64,000 nucleotides of DNA, taken from positions 841 to 64,840 of the forward strand of contig CABSMX010000001.1 in NCBI GenBank assembly GCA_902478945.1, in the 5' to 3' direction. The notes beneath the pieces were generated by a model. That model made no database searches, had not been told where the DNA came from, and saw only the letters and a list, made by a program, of their open reading frames with translations. The DNA comes from an uncultured Collinsella sp. Its GTDB lineage: Bacteria; Actinomycetota; Coriobacteriia; Coriobacteriales; Coriobacteriaceae. Positions 17,666 to 26,900 of the stretch are shown here, one piece after another. Made by a program: the position numbers and the translations under genes. How positions within the stretch are numbered: position 1 is the first letter of the stretch; every line of letters starts with the position of its first letter.

Positions 17666-20548
17666 ATGACGCTACTGTATTTCCTTACCCTGTTTCCGCT
17701 GGTACCGGCGCTGGGCATGCTGCTTGCGCGCGGTGACTGCGCCCGCGATGCGGTGGGGCTCATAGGTTCCGGCATTATTATGGCGGTGACAGTTGTAGTC
17801 GCCGTCATGTTTTTTGTCACGGGTCCGCAGAGCTTTGAGGTTGCCCCCGGCACCTCGCATGTGCTCTCGATCATCAGCTCCGTCATCGACGTAATTCTGT
17901 GCGCCGTTATCCTGTACAACGCGTACAAATATAGGAACGCGCTTACCGGTGTGCTCGGCGTAGTACAGCTAGTGGGCTCCGTTGCCTTTGCAGCCATGAC
18001 GCTGCCCGCGGCCGAAGCCGTCACGGCGACGCCGCTCTACCTGGACTACATGAGCGTGATCATGGTGCTTGCCGTCGGCATCGTCGGCAGCCTGATCTGC
18101 GTGTACGCCCTGGGCTACATGAAGGACTTCCAGGCCCACGACGAGCACGAGGCAGCGCTGCGCGGGCAGACCGCGCCCGACCGTCGCCCGCAGTTCCTGG
18201 CGCTTATGTTCCTGTTCCTCTCGGCCATGTTCGTCATCGTGACGAGCGACAACCTTGAGTGGCTGTTCTGCGGCTGGGAAATCACCACCGTGTGCTCGTT
18301 CCTTATGATCGGCTACACGCGTACGCCCGAGGCCATTAAAAACGCCTTCACCCAGATCATCCTCAACATGCTGGGCGGCATCGCGTTTTTGGCCGGACTC
18401 ATGTACCTGCACGTTAACGGCATGCCGCTGACCATCTCGGGCATGATCGAGCTTTCCGGCGCCGGAACCGCGCAATCCGCGCTGCTGGTGATGCCGGTCA
18501 TCCTGCTGTCGCTCGCCGCACTCACCAAGGCCGCGCAGATGCCGTTCCATACCTGGCTGCTCGGTGCCATGGTTGCCCCCACCCCCACGAGCGCCCTGCT
18601 GCACTCGTCAACCATGGTCAAAGCCGGCGTGTTTCTGATGGTCAAGCTGAGCCCGCTCTATGCCATCTATCCCGTGACCGGCTTTATGGTCACGAGTGTG
18701 GGTGCCATCACGTTTTTGCTCGCTGCCCTCATGGCCATCTCGCAGAGCAACGCCAAGCGCGTGCTCGCGTACTCCACCATTTCCAACTTGGGCCTCATCA
18801 GTGCCTGCCTGGGCGTCGGCGCGCCCGAGGCCGTATGGGCGGCCATCTTCCTGATCCTGTTCCACACGGTGGCAAAGTCGCTGCTGTTCCTGTGCGTGGG
18901 CACGGCCGAGCATCATATCGGCAGCCGCAATATCGAGGACATGGACGGTATGTTCAGCCGCATGCCGCACCTGACGCGTCTGATGATGCTGGGCATCATG
19001 GGTATGTTTGTGGCGCCGTTTGGCATGCTCGTGTCCAAGTGGGGCGCCCTGGTGGCGTTTGCGCAGACCGGCAACGTGCTCATGATCATGGTGCTTGCCT
19101 TTGGCTCGGCCGCGACGTTTTACTTCTGGGGCAAGTGGCTTGCCAAGCTTTCGGGCGTCGACCCCACGGCTCAAAACGTTGAGGTCAATGTCCATAAGAC
19201 CGAATGGATGGCGCTCAACACCATCGCTGCGCTACTGATTCTGTGCTGCGTGGCGTTTCCGATTATCTCGAGCGGCCTGGTGTCGCCTTACTTGGCCATG
19301 GTGTTTGGCCGCGTACCGTACGTTATTGGCAAGGACGCCATGTATCTGATGGTGGTTATCGTGGCGTTTATCGCCGTGGTGCTGCTGACTTCATTCCGCG
19401 TGAGCAATAAGCCGCACGTCAACGTATATCTTTCGGGTGTGGGAACCGACAAATATCGCCATTTCCGCGGTTCGATGGGTCGCGAGGTGAAGGCCGAAAA
19501 GCGCAATTGGTACTCGGAGGACGCCCTTGGCGAGAAGCGTATTGGCCCCGCGGGTAGCGTCGTGTGCTGCAGCATTATCTTGTTTGCGCTGCTGTGTTGC
19601 GCGTGGATCGGACCCGAGCGGCTTGCCATGAGCGCGCCCTCGGTGCTGCGCGGCAAGTATTTTGAAGGTTCGGGCGTCGTGGGCATCTTTATTGGTACCG
19701 TGGCGTTTGCCTTGATTGCGCCGCTTGTGGGCGGCCTGATCGACGGCATCGACCGTAAGCTGTCCGCCCGCATGCAGGGCCGCGTGGGCCCGCGCCTGCT
19801 GCAGCCCTTCTACGATGTGGCCAAGCTGCTGCGCAAGGCCCCTGCCAGCGTAAACACCATGGACGATACCTACATGGCGTGCGCGCTCTTCTTTACCGTC
19901 GTGGGCGGCGGCATCTTTGTGTCGGGCTCCAACACGCTGCTGTGCGCTTTTATGGTGACGCTCGCCGCGATCTTTGTGGTGTTGGCGTCCGCCTCGACGC
20001 AAAGCCCGTTTGCCCAGGTCGGCGCCGACCGCGAGTTGCTGCAGGTTATGAGTTACGAGCCCGCCGTTCTGCTGATGAGTGTGGGCCTGTACCTTGCCAC
20101 CGACAGCTTCGATTCCATCGCCGTGACGGGGCAGTCGGCCCCCATCGTCGTGTACAGCGCACCCATTTTCCTCGCACTGCTCGCGGTGCTTACCATCAAG
20201 CTGCGCAAGTCGCCGTTTGACCTTTCGTACTCGCATCACGCGCATCAGGAGATTGTCCAGGGCGTCGCCACCGAGATGAGCGGCGGCACGCTGGCCAAGA
20301 TGACCCTTATGCACTGGTGCGAGACCGTGCTGTTTTTGATGTGGGTGGGCATGTTCTTTGTTTGGGACAACCCGGTGAGCTGGGTGGTCGCCTTGGTCGT
20401 GATGGCCGCGACGTATTTTGTCGAGGTGCTCATCGACAACACCTTCGCACGCAGCACCTGGCGCAGCTGCTTTAGGCTCGGATGGGGCGTGGCACTGGTG
20501 TTTGGCCTGCTCAACCTTATGCCCATCCTCGTCGACGTGTTTATTTAG
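17666..20548 (+). CDS. Fused membrane subunit of a group-4 [NiFe] hydrogenase: NuoL/HyfB/EchA-like antiporter module + NuoH/HycD/EchB-like module
   Basis: The N-terminal ~650 aa carries antiporter-subunit motifs (WEITTVCSFLMIGY, LHSSTMVKAGVFLMVKL, ISNLGLI). The C-terminal ~300 aa begins with the NuoH/HycD signature GLIDGIDRKLSARMQGRVGPRLLQPFYDVAKLLRK. One continuous ORF encodes 960 aa. Confidence 0.8.
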   Translation: MTLLYFLTLFPLVPALGMLLARGDCARDAVGLIGSGIIMAVTVVVAVMFFVTGPQSFEVAPGTSHVLSIISSVIDVILCAVILYNAYKYRNALTGVLGVVQLVGSVAFAAMTLPAAEAVTATPLYLDYMSVIMVLAVGIVGSLICVYALGYMKDFQAHDEHEAALRGQTAPDRRPQFLALMFLFLSAMFVIVTSDNLEWLFCGWEITTVCSFLMIGYTRTPEAIKNAFTQIILNMLGGIAFLAGLMYLHVNGMPLTISGMIELSGAGTAQSALLVMPVILLSLAALTKAAQMPFHTWLLGAMVAPTPTSALLHSSTMVKAGVFLMVKLSPLYAIYPVTGFMVTSVGAITFLLAALMAISQSNAKRVLAYSTISNLGLISACLGVGAPEAVWAAIFLILFHTVAKSLLFLCVGTAEHHIGSRNIEDMDGMFSRMPHLTRLMMLGIMGMFVAPFGMLVSKWGALVAFAQTGNVLMIMVLAFGSAATFYFWGKWLAKLSGVDPTAQNVEVNVHKTEWMALNTIAALLILCCVAFPIISSGLVSPYLAMVFGRVPYVIGKDAMYLMVVIVAFIAVVLLTSFRVSNKPHVNVYLSGVGTDKYRHFRGSMGREVKAEKRNWYSEDALGEKRIGPAGSVVCCSIILFALLCCAWIGPERLAMSAPSVLRGKYFEGSGVVGIFIGTVAFALIAPLVGGLIDGIDRKLSARMQGRVGPRLLQPFYDVAKLLRKAPASVNTMDDTYMACALFFTVVGGGIFVSGSNTLLCAFMVTLAAIFVVLASASTQSPFAQVGADRELLQVMSYEPAVLLMSVGLYLATDSFDSIAVTGQSAPIVVYSAPIFLALLAVLTIKLRKSPFDLSYSHHAHQEIVQGVATEMSGGTLAKMTLMHWCETVLFLMWVGMFFVWDNPVSWVVALVVMAATYFVEVLIDNTFARSTWRSCFRLGWGVALVFGLLNLMPILVDVFI

Positions 20549-20560
20549 GAGGCGGCATCC

Positions 20561-21127
20561 ATGGATCATAAAATGTCGCGCTCGCCGTGGGTTATTCATT
20601 ACGACGGCTCGAGCTGCAACGGATGCGATATCGAGGTGCTGGCCTCGCTCACGCCGCTGTTCGATGCGGAGCGCTTTGGCGTGGTCAATACCGGCAACCC
20701 CAAGCATGCGGACATCTTTTTGGTGACGGGCTCGGTCAATGCCCAGAACCTGCCCGTCGTGCGCCAGATCTACAACCAGATGCTCGAGCCCAAGTGCGTG
20801 GTGGCCTGCGGTATCTGCGCGTGCTCGGGCGGCGTGTTCCGCGATGCCTACAACGTGATCGGCGGCGTGGACCGCGCGATTCCCGTGGACGTGTACGCGC
20901 CCGGATGTGCCATTCGCCCCGAGACCGTGATCGATGCCATTGTGGAGGCATGCGGCATCCTGGACCAGAAGGAAGCCGTGATGCGTGCTGGCGGTGACCC
21001 GCTTACCGTGGGCGGCGCCGCTACCTGGGACGGTGGCGTTGAGCTGGGCGAGGACGGGTTTGTGGCTGTTGCGGAGGCCGGCGACACGCCCGCTGAGACG
21101 CCCGCCGCTGCAAAGGAGGCCGAGTAA
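20561..21127 (+). CDS. Hydrogenase small subunit, NuoB/EchC/HycG family
   Basis: Cys motifs are SCNGCDIE, CGICACSGG and APGCAIRPE. A C-terminal acidic extension follows. Confidence 0.85.
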   Translation: MDHKMSRSPWVIHYDGSSCNGCDIEVLASLTPLFDAERFGVVNTGNPKHADIFLVTGSVNAQNLPVVRQIYNQMLEPKCVVACGICACSGGVFRDAYNVIGGVDRAIPVDVYAPGCAIRPETVIDAIVEACGILDQKEAVMRAGGDPLTVGGAATWDGGVELGEDGFVAVAEAGDTPAETPAAAKEAE

Positions 21128-21843
21128 TGCAAAAGGCTATCTATACCACCGTCGGGATCGACGAGCTGTTGCCGCATGTGCAGGCGCTCAAGGGTGCCGG
21201 CGCGCGCTTTGTGCAGATGCATGCCGAGCGCAACGTTGACGACGGCACGTATCGCCTGCTCTATACGTTTATCAACGTTCGTGCTGCTCAGGAACATATT
21301 GCGCAGGACGGCAGCTATGCGATCGAGAACCTGGTGGTTGAGGGAATTGATCGGTACCAGGAGATTCCGTCCATCAGCTCGTATTACCCCGCGGTGTTCC
21401 CGTTTGAAAATGAGGCCCACGACCTGTTTGGTCTCGCCATTACCGATATGCAGATTGACTTTAAGGGCTTTTTCTACCAGGTTTCGACTGCCGAGCCCAT
21501 GAGCGTTATCACGCCCGGGGTGAAGGCCGCGCGCGAGAAGGCCATGAAGGTCCGTGCCGCCGCCGAGGCCAAGGCGCGCAAAGCCGCGGCCGAGAAGGAC
21601 GCCGCTGCTGCGGCTGCTGCAGGGGAGGGCGCCGCGGGCGCCGGCGATGCCGCAGGCGTCGCTGCTCAGCCCGCTGCAGCTGCCGGCTCCGATGCTCAGC
21701 ATGACGATGCCGCTGCCAAGGCTGCGCTCAAGGCTGCCGAGATGGAAGCAAAGCTCGCCGCTATGGATCCCGAGAAAGCGGCCAAGGTCCGCGCGGCGCT
21801 TGCCGCCAAGGCCGCCCGCGACAAGCAGAAAAAGGAGGCGTAG
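21127..21843 (+). CDS. NuoC/EchD-like hydrogenase subunit with a ~100-aa Ala/Lys-rich C-terminal tail
   Basis: YYPAVFPFENEAHDLFGL matches the NuoC-family P-x-x-x-W-x-ERE-x-x-D-x-FG region. The start overlaps the upstream stop. The tail is low complexity (KARKAAAEKDAAAAAAAGEGAAGAGD...AAKAARDKQKKEA). Confidence 0.75.
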   Translation: MQKAIYTTVGIDELLPHVQALKGAGARFVQMHAERNVDDGTYRLLYTFINVRAAQEHIAQDGSYAIENLVVEGIDRYQEIPSISSYYPAVFPFENEAHDLFGLAITDMQIDFKGFFYQVSTAEPMSVITPGVKAAREKAMKVRAAAEAKARKAAAEKDAAAAAAAGEGAAGAGDAAGVAAQPAAAAGSDAQHDDAAAKAALKAAEMEAKLAAMDPEKAAKVRAALAAKAARDKQKKEA

Positions 21844-21848
21844 GGTCC

Positions 21849-22937
21849 ATGGCACATCGCTCCGTCATTCCGTTTGGCCCGCAGCACCCGGTGCTGCCCG
21901 AGCCGCTTCATCTGGACCTGGTGATCGAGGACGATCGCGTTCTCGAGGCAATTCCGCAGATCGGCTTTGTGCACCGCGGACTCGAGAAGCTCACCGAAAA
22001 GCGCGATATGCATCAGTTTGGCTACATCGCCGAGCGCATCTGCGGCATTTGCGCCGTGGGTCACAGCTGCGGCTATGCCAGCGCCTGCGAGCGCATGCTC
22101 GACATCGAGGTGCCCGGCCGCGTGCAGTATATCCGCACCATTTTGCACGAGCTTTCGCGCATTCACTCGCATCTGCTGTGGCTGGGCCTGCTCGCCGACG
22201 CCTTTGGTTTTGAGGCGCTGTTCTATCGGTCGTGGACCCTGCGCGAGCAGATTCTCAAGATCTTTGAGAGCACTTGCGGCGGGCGCGTGATTCTGTCGAT
22301 TAACGAGATCGGCGGCCTTAAGCACGATATCGAGGACTCCGAGCTGGCGGGCATTGTCCAGACGCTCGATGCCATGCGTCCTGACTACGAGGCCCTGGTG
22401 CATACGTTTTTGGACGACGACAGCTGCGGCGAGCGCCTGCATGGCGTGGGCGTGATCAGCAAGAAAGACGCGCTGGATCTGTCGATGGTCGGTCCGTTTG
22501 GGCGCGCCTCGGGCGTGGACTACGATGTGCGCATGTTTGGCGACGGTGCCTATGCGGACCTGGCTGCGTTTGAGCCCATCGTTGCCGCCGATGGCGACTG
22601 CTATGCCCGCTGCCAGGTGCGCTGTGTCGAGGTCACGCAGGCCATGGACATCATTAAGGAGCTTGTGGGCAAGATCCCGCACGACGGTATCGGTGGGCGC
22701 ACCAAGCTCACGCCGGCCGACGGCGCGCGCGGCGAGGTTGTGATTGAGCAGCCGCGCGGCGAGGCATACTACTATGTGCGCGGCAACGGCACCAAGAACC
22801 TGGACCGCTTTCGCGTGCGCACGCCGACGTCGCAGAACCTGGCGGGTCTGACGCATGCGCTGCAGGGCGTGCTCCTTGCCAACGTGCCCATGATCATCCT
22901 GACCATCGACCCCTGCATTAGCTGCACGGAAAGGTAG
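21849..22937 (+). CDS. Group-4 [NiFe] hydrogenase large subunit (EchE/NuoD family)
   Basis: The N-terminal Ni-binding motif is RICGICAVGHS and the C-terminal motif is DPCISCTER. Only three residues (TER) follow the CxxC before the stop, so there is no maturation-protease extension, as in Ech-type enzymes. Confidence 0.9.
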   Translation: MAHRSVIPFGPQHPVLPEPLHLDLVIEDDRVLEAIPQIGFVHRGLEKLTEKRDMHQFGYIAERICGICAVGHSCGYASACERMLDIEVPGRVQYIRTILHELSRIHSHLLWLGLLADAFGFEALFYRSWTLREQILKIFESTCGGRVILSINEIGGLKHDIEDSELAGIVQTLDAMRPDYEALVHTFLDDDSCGERLHGVGVISKKDALDLSMVGPFGRASGVDYDVRMFGDGAYADLAAFEPIVAADGDCYARCQVRCVEVTQAMDIIKELVGKIPHDGIGGRTKLTPADGARGEVVIEQPRGEAYYYVRGNGTKNLDRFRVRTPTSQNLAGLTHALQGVLLANVPMIILTIDPCISCTER

Positions 22938-22944
22938 GCGCGGC

Positions 22945-23286
22945 ATGAGTTTACTGACATTCGCCAAGACGGCCTTGGGTTCTATGGTCAAGCAGCCGGT
23001 CACGGTTTGCTATCCGCAGGAGAAACTGACGGCGCCCGAGCGCTTGCGCGGGCATATCGTCAACGACATGGATGTGTGTATCTGCTGCGGCATGTGCGCG
23101 CGGCGTTGCCCGGCGGGCGCGCTCGCGGTCGATCGCAAGGGTGGAACGTGGTCGATCGACCCGTATGCCTGCGTGGTGTGCGGCGAGTGCATCGAGAGCT
23201 GCCCCAAACACTGCCTGACTATGGACACCGCCCGCACCCCAGTCGCAGCGGACAAGACCCCCACGGTAGAAACCAAACCGGAATAG
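22945..23286 (+). CDS. 2x[4Fe-4S] ferredoxin subunit (NuoI/EchF/HycF family)
   Basis: Two cluster motifs are present: CICCGMCARRCP and CVVCGECIESCP. Confidence 0.85.
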   Translation: MSLLTFAKTALGSMVKQPVTVCYPQEKLTAPERLRGHIVNDMDVCICCGMCARRCPAGALAVDRKGGTWSIDPYACVVCGECIESCPKHCLTMDTARTPVAADKTPTVETKPE

Positions 23287-23296
23287 AGCTGGAATA

Positions 23297-23330
23297 GGGG
23301 CCGGTGGGGCAAAAATGCCCCACCGGCCCC
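23297..23330 (+). terminator. Perfect 14-bp stem hairpin after the hydrogenase operon
   Basis: GGGGCCGGTGGGGC-AAAAAT-GCCCCACCGGCCCC. No U-tract follows, so terminator function is uncertain. Confidence 0.4.
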
Positions 23331-23361
23331 GCGCTTGAGCGCGCGGTTGTGCTGCCGCGAA

Positions 23362-23515
23362 CAAAACTATGCCGGATTACGGGGCTGGATAGCGAACCTC
23401 TGACCGTACTGAAAACCGCAAAAACAAAACCGCAGGTAGATAGCCTGCCGTTTTTCAAAAAATGAAGGTATGGATGAGGGCCTCGGCTTTAACCCCGTAA
23501 TCTGGCATAGTTTTG
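23362..23515. mobile_element. MITE-like nested-palindrome element, subfamily A (copy A1)
   Basis: 154 bp. The terminal inverted repeats are CAAAACTATGCCGGATTACGGGG ... CCCCGTAATCTGGCATAGTTTTG. The core carries AAAACCGCAGGTAGA, shared with subfamily B. Confidence 0.7.
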
Positions 23516-23542
23516 AAATGACACCATATACGTAACAGCCCT

Positions 23543-23580
23543 TGATCTCCCATGGACAGAGGAAAACGGATCATTTTGGC
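23543..23580. repeat. Short GATC-hairpin repeat (copy C1)
   Basis: TGATCTCCCATGGACAGAGGAAAACGGATCATTTTGG is one of four similar copies. Each of the four lies just to the right of an A or B element. Confidence 0.7.
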
Positions 23581-23608
23581 CTCGCGAGGGCCGCTGCGTG
23601 ACCCGTCT

Positions 23609-23768
23609 GCCACGAAATGGGCCCATCTACTACGTTTTGGCCGCTACCCTCAACCATGGCGAACAGCGCAAAAACAAAACCGCAGGTAGAACACTTGCGG
23701 TTTTTCATGAAACGCGGTTATGGTCGGGGGTACCGGACTAAACGTAGTAGATGGGCCAGTTTCGTGGC
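23609..23768. mobile_element. MITE-like nested-palindrome element, subfamily B (copy B1)
   Basis: 160 bp. The 28-bp terminal inverted repeats are GCCACGAAATGGGCCCATCTACTACGTT ... AACGTAGTAGATGGGCCAGTTTCGTGGC. There is a middle stem (CTACCCTCAACCAT / ATGGTCGGGGGTAC) and an inner hairpin (AAAACCGCAGGTAGAACACTTGCGGTTTT). Confidence 0.75.
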
Positions 23769-23780
23769 GAGCACCACCAA

Positions 23781-23820
23781 TTGATCCCCCGGGGACGGAG
23801 GAAAACGGATCATTTTGACC
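23781..23820. repeat. Short GATC-hairpin repeat (copy C2)
   Basis: TTGATCCCCCGGGGACGGAGGAAAACGGATCATTTTGACC. Confidence 0.7.
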
Positions 23821-23863
23821 TGTTGGCTCCGAGTCGCACCCGTTTTCCTGCGAAAACCCTCGT

Positions 23864-23942
23864 GTCTCAACTTTGGTGAGACATTTGTCTCACGCCCAAA
23901 ACCGAATCTGGAACGTGTGTCACCTGCCCAAATTGTGTCTCA
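23864..23942. promoter_or_regulatory. Cluster of TGTCTCA/TGAGACA motifs upstream of the adhesin gene
   Basis: TGTCTCA (23864), TGAGACA (23877, an inverted partner 6 bp away), TGTCTCA (23886), TGTGTCA (23916) and TGTGTCTCA (23934). All lie within 130 bp of the ATG at 23995. Confidence 0.45.
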
Positions 23943-23994
23943 TTCCGTAACTTTAGGCTGATGCAAGGTCTGAGACCGCGAGAAGGGAGACGCG

Positions 23995-26900
23995 ATGAGT
24001 AGGTACACGAGGGGTCTCTTGGCGGTGATACTGGCCGTAGTGCTGGTGTTGCCGGCTGCAGCATTTGCCATGCTGCCCGAGGCCAACGCCAGGTCCAGTA
24101 CCGGAATGGACGGACCGAAAGCGACAAAGGTAGTCGACCACGACACCAGTAACCATTGGAAGTTCTGGGCGGGCGGCTATGACGGCAGTAAGGTCACGAC
24201 GCAAAACGTCGGCCGAATTTGGACGGATAAGACGGTCCAAGCAATCGATGACGGGAAATCGGACTTTTTGACCACGCTTTCGGCGATGTCTTCGACATCC
24301 GACACAACGTCGCTGGTTTCCAAGCCACTCGACATCGTGATGGTGCTCGATGCCTCTGGCTCAATGGATGATCCTATGGGTGGTGGAGATTCTACCAAGC
24401 GTATCGATGCGCTCAAGAATGCTGCCAACCACTTTATCGACACCATTGCCGAGCAAAACAAGAGCATTGAGGACGCGAGCAAGCAGCACCAGGTTGCCAT
24501 CGTTAAGTTTGCAGGAAAGAAGACTGACTGGATCGGCAATGACACCTATCGCGATGGCCGCTATAGCTACAACTACTCGCAGACGATGCAGAAGTTGACG
24601 GCGTGCTCGGGTGATGGCGCAATGAGCCTCAAGTACACGGTTAATTCCATCAAACCTGCCGGCGCCACGCAGGCTGATTACGGCCTTGAGCTTGCTCGCG
24701 ATATATCGGGCCGCAAGGATGCCCAAAAGATCGTCGTGTTCTTCACCGATGGCTCACCTACGAGCTCTCGTGATTTTGAGCCCGCGGTCGCTAGGGACGC
24801 CATCAATACCGCCAAGACCATAAAGAGCGGCGGGGCGACCATTTATACCATCGGTATCTTCAACGGTGCGAAGCCGGACGACGATCCAACAAGCAGCGAC
24901 ACGAGCAATAAGAATAAGTTCATGCATGCCGTGTCGAGTAACTATCCGGAGGCCACATCGTCCGTAAGCCATGGCCTTTTTGGAAAGAAGTGGAATGTCA
25001 ATTTTGGCAACCCCATTGCCAGTGCCAGCTACTACAAGTCGGCGACCAACGCCGCCGAGCTTGATCAGGTCTTTAAGGACATCTCGAGTGCTATTACGTC
25101 GGGCAAGGGTTTCCCGACCAAGGTCGAGGGCAACAATCCCAACGGTTCCGGCTACATCACATTCGAGGACGAGCTGGGCGCCTTCATGCAGGTCGATAGC
25201 TTTACCGGTGCCGAGTACAACGGCAAGACCTATGGTGCCGCCACCAAGTCGACCGATGGCAATATTGATACCTATACGTTTGACGGCGAGCTCGCCCATC
25301 TCGTAATTACGGTCGATCGCGCGGACAAGAACAATCCACAGCGCGGCGACATCGTGACGGTCAAGATTCCCGCATCGCTCATTCCGCTGCGCCGCTTTAC
25401 CGTTGACAAGTCGGCGGGTACGTTTGTGGTTGACTCCACGGATGCTATTTCGCCTATCCGCGTGGTGTATGCATCGAGCGTAAAGTCTATTGCGCGCGCG
25501 AATCTGTTTACTCCCAATAACGTACCGGGGCTGCAGGATTATATCGACAAGCACAAGGACGCCGATTCCAATACCGTCAGCTTCTACGCCAACAAGTGGA
25601 CCGGCGACGATGTGGGCGATACGGTCGCAAGCTTTGAGCCTGCCGCCACGAACGGCTACTACTACTTCCAAAAGTTGACGCCCGTCTATACGGACGCAGC
25701 CTGCACCAAGCTTGCAACTGAAAAGCCTTCGGGCTCTAAGACTTATTGGTACAAAGACGAGTTTATGGCGCAGAACTCGTCGGGCGCGCCGTACGATGAT
25801 TCCGTTTCGATCCCGGTTAAGGGAAGCGAGCTTGAAAGCTTTGAAGGCGCTTTGGTAAAGGATGGCGATCACTGGTCGATTAAGGCTGGCACCGCGCGCC
25901 TCGCCTTTATCAATCAGCTCCACACCACCAAGGAGCGTGTGGGCGGAAACCCGACGGACACCGCACGCGACGTGATCAATCCCCAGTGGAACAACACGAA
26001 GGTTGTTTCTGGTGCGACGAAGGTCAATGTCTACCTGGGCAATAACGGCAAGATTAGCTTTACGCTCAATACCACGCCGGCAACGGTGGATACCAAGGCC
26101 AGCTTTGGCCTGACCAAGGTGCTCGAGGGCCGCGAGTGGACGGGTACGGATGCGTTTGAGTTTGAGCTCTCCGCGACGTCCGACAACAATGCCCCGATGC
26201 CCGACCCTGCGACCGTAACTGTGACCAATGCCGATCTCGACAAAGGCAAGGCAGCCATCAACTTTGGCAAGATTACTTATGCCGAGCCGGGCAAGTACAC
26301 CTATGAGGTCCGCGAGAAGAACGCTGGTCAAACTATCGATGGCATCACCTACAGCAAGAACGTTGCGAAGATCACCGTGACGGTGACGCCCAACAAGAAG
26401 GGTGAGCTGAGCGCTGAGGTGAAGGTGGCTTGGAGCGAAGCCGACGTGACCGAGTTCAGGAACACCTACGCTACGAATCCTGTTGAGTCCAGCGTTACCG
26501 ACCAGATTGCCGTGACCAAGGTCCTGACCGGGCGCGACCTTACGGCCGGCGAGTTCAGCTTTGAGTTGCGCGAGGTTAAGGGCGAGGACTCTGAGCTTAT
26601 CGAGACCGTCAAGAACGCCGCCGATGGCAACGTTACGTTCAGCCCCATCAAGTACACCGAGATAGGTCAGCACACCTATACGCTGCACGAGATTAAGGGC
26701 AACGCCGGTGGTATTGCCTATGACAACACGGTTTACACCATCGTGACGACCATTGCCGACAACGACAAGGGCCAGCTGGTGGCTACGCACGAGCTGAAGG
26801 GCGCCGAGGGCGTCAAGAGCATTAAGTTCGAGAACGCCTACAATTTGACCCCCAAGAGCTTCAGCGTCACCGACAAGATCAAGGCGACCAAGTCCCTGGC

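Noticed and set aside
21554-22213. A 219-aa alternative-frame ORF spanning the NuoC-like and large-subunit genes
   Set aside because: It is out of frame with two genes that carry diagnostic hydrogenase motifs, and its translation is Arg/Pro-rich.
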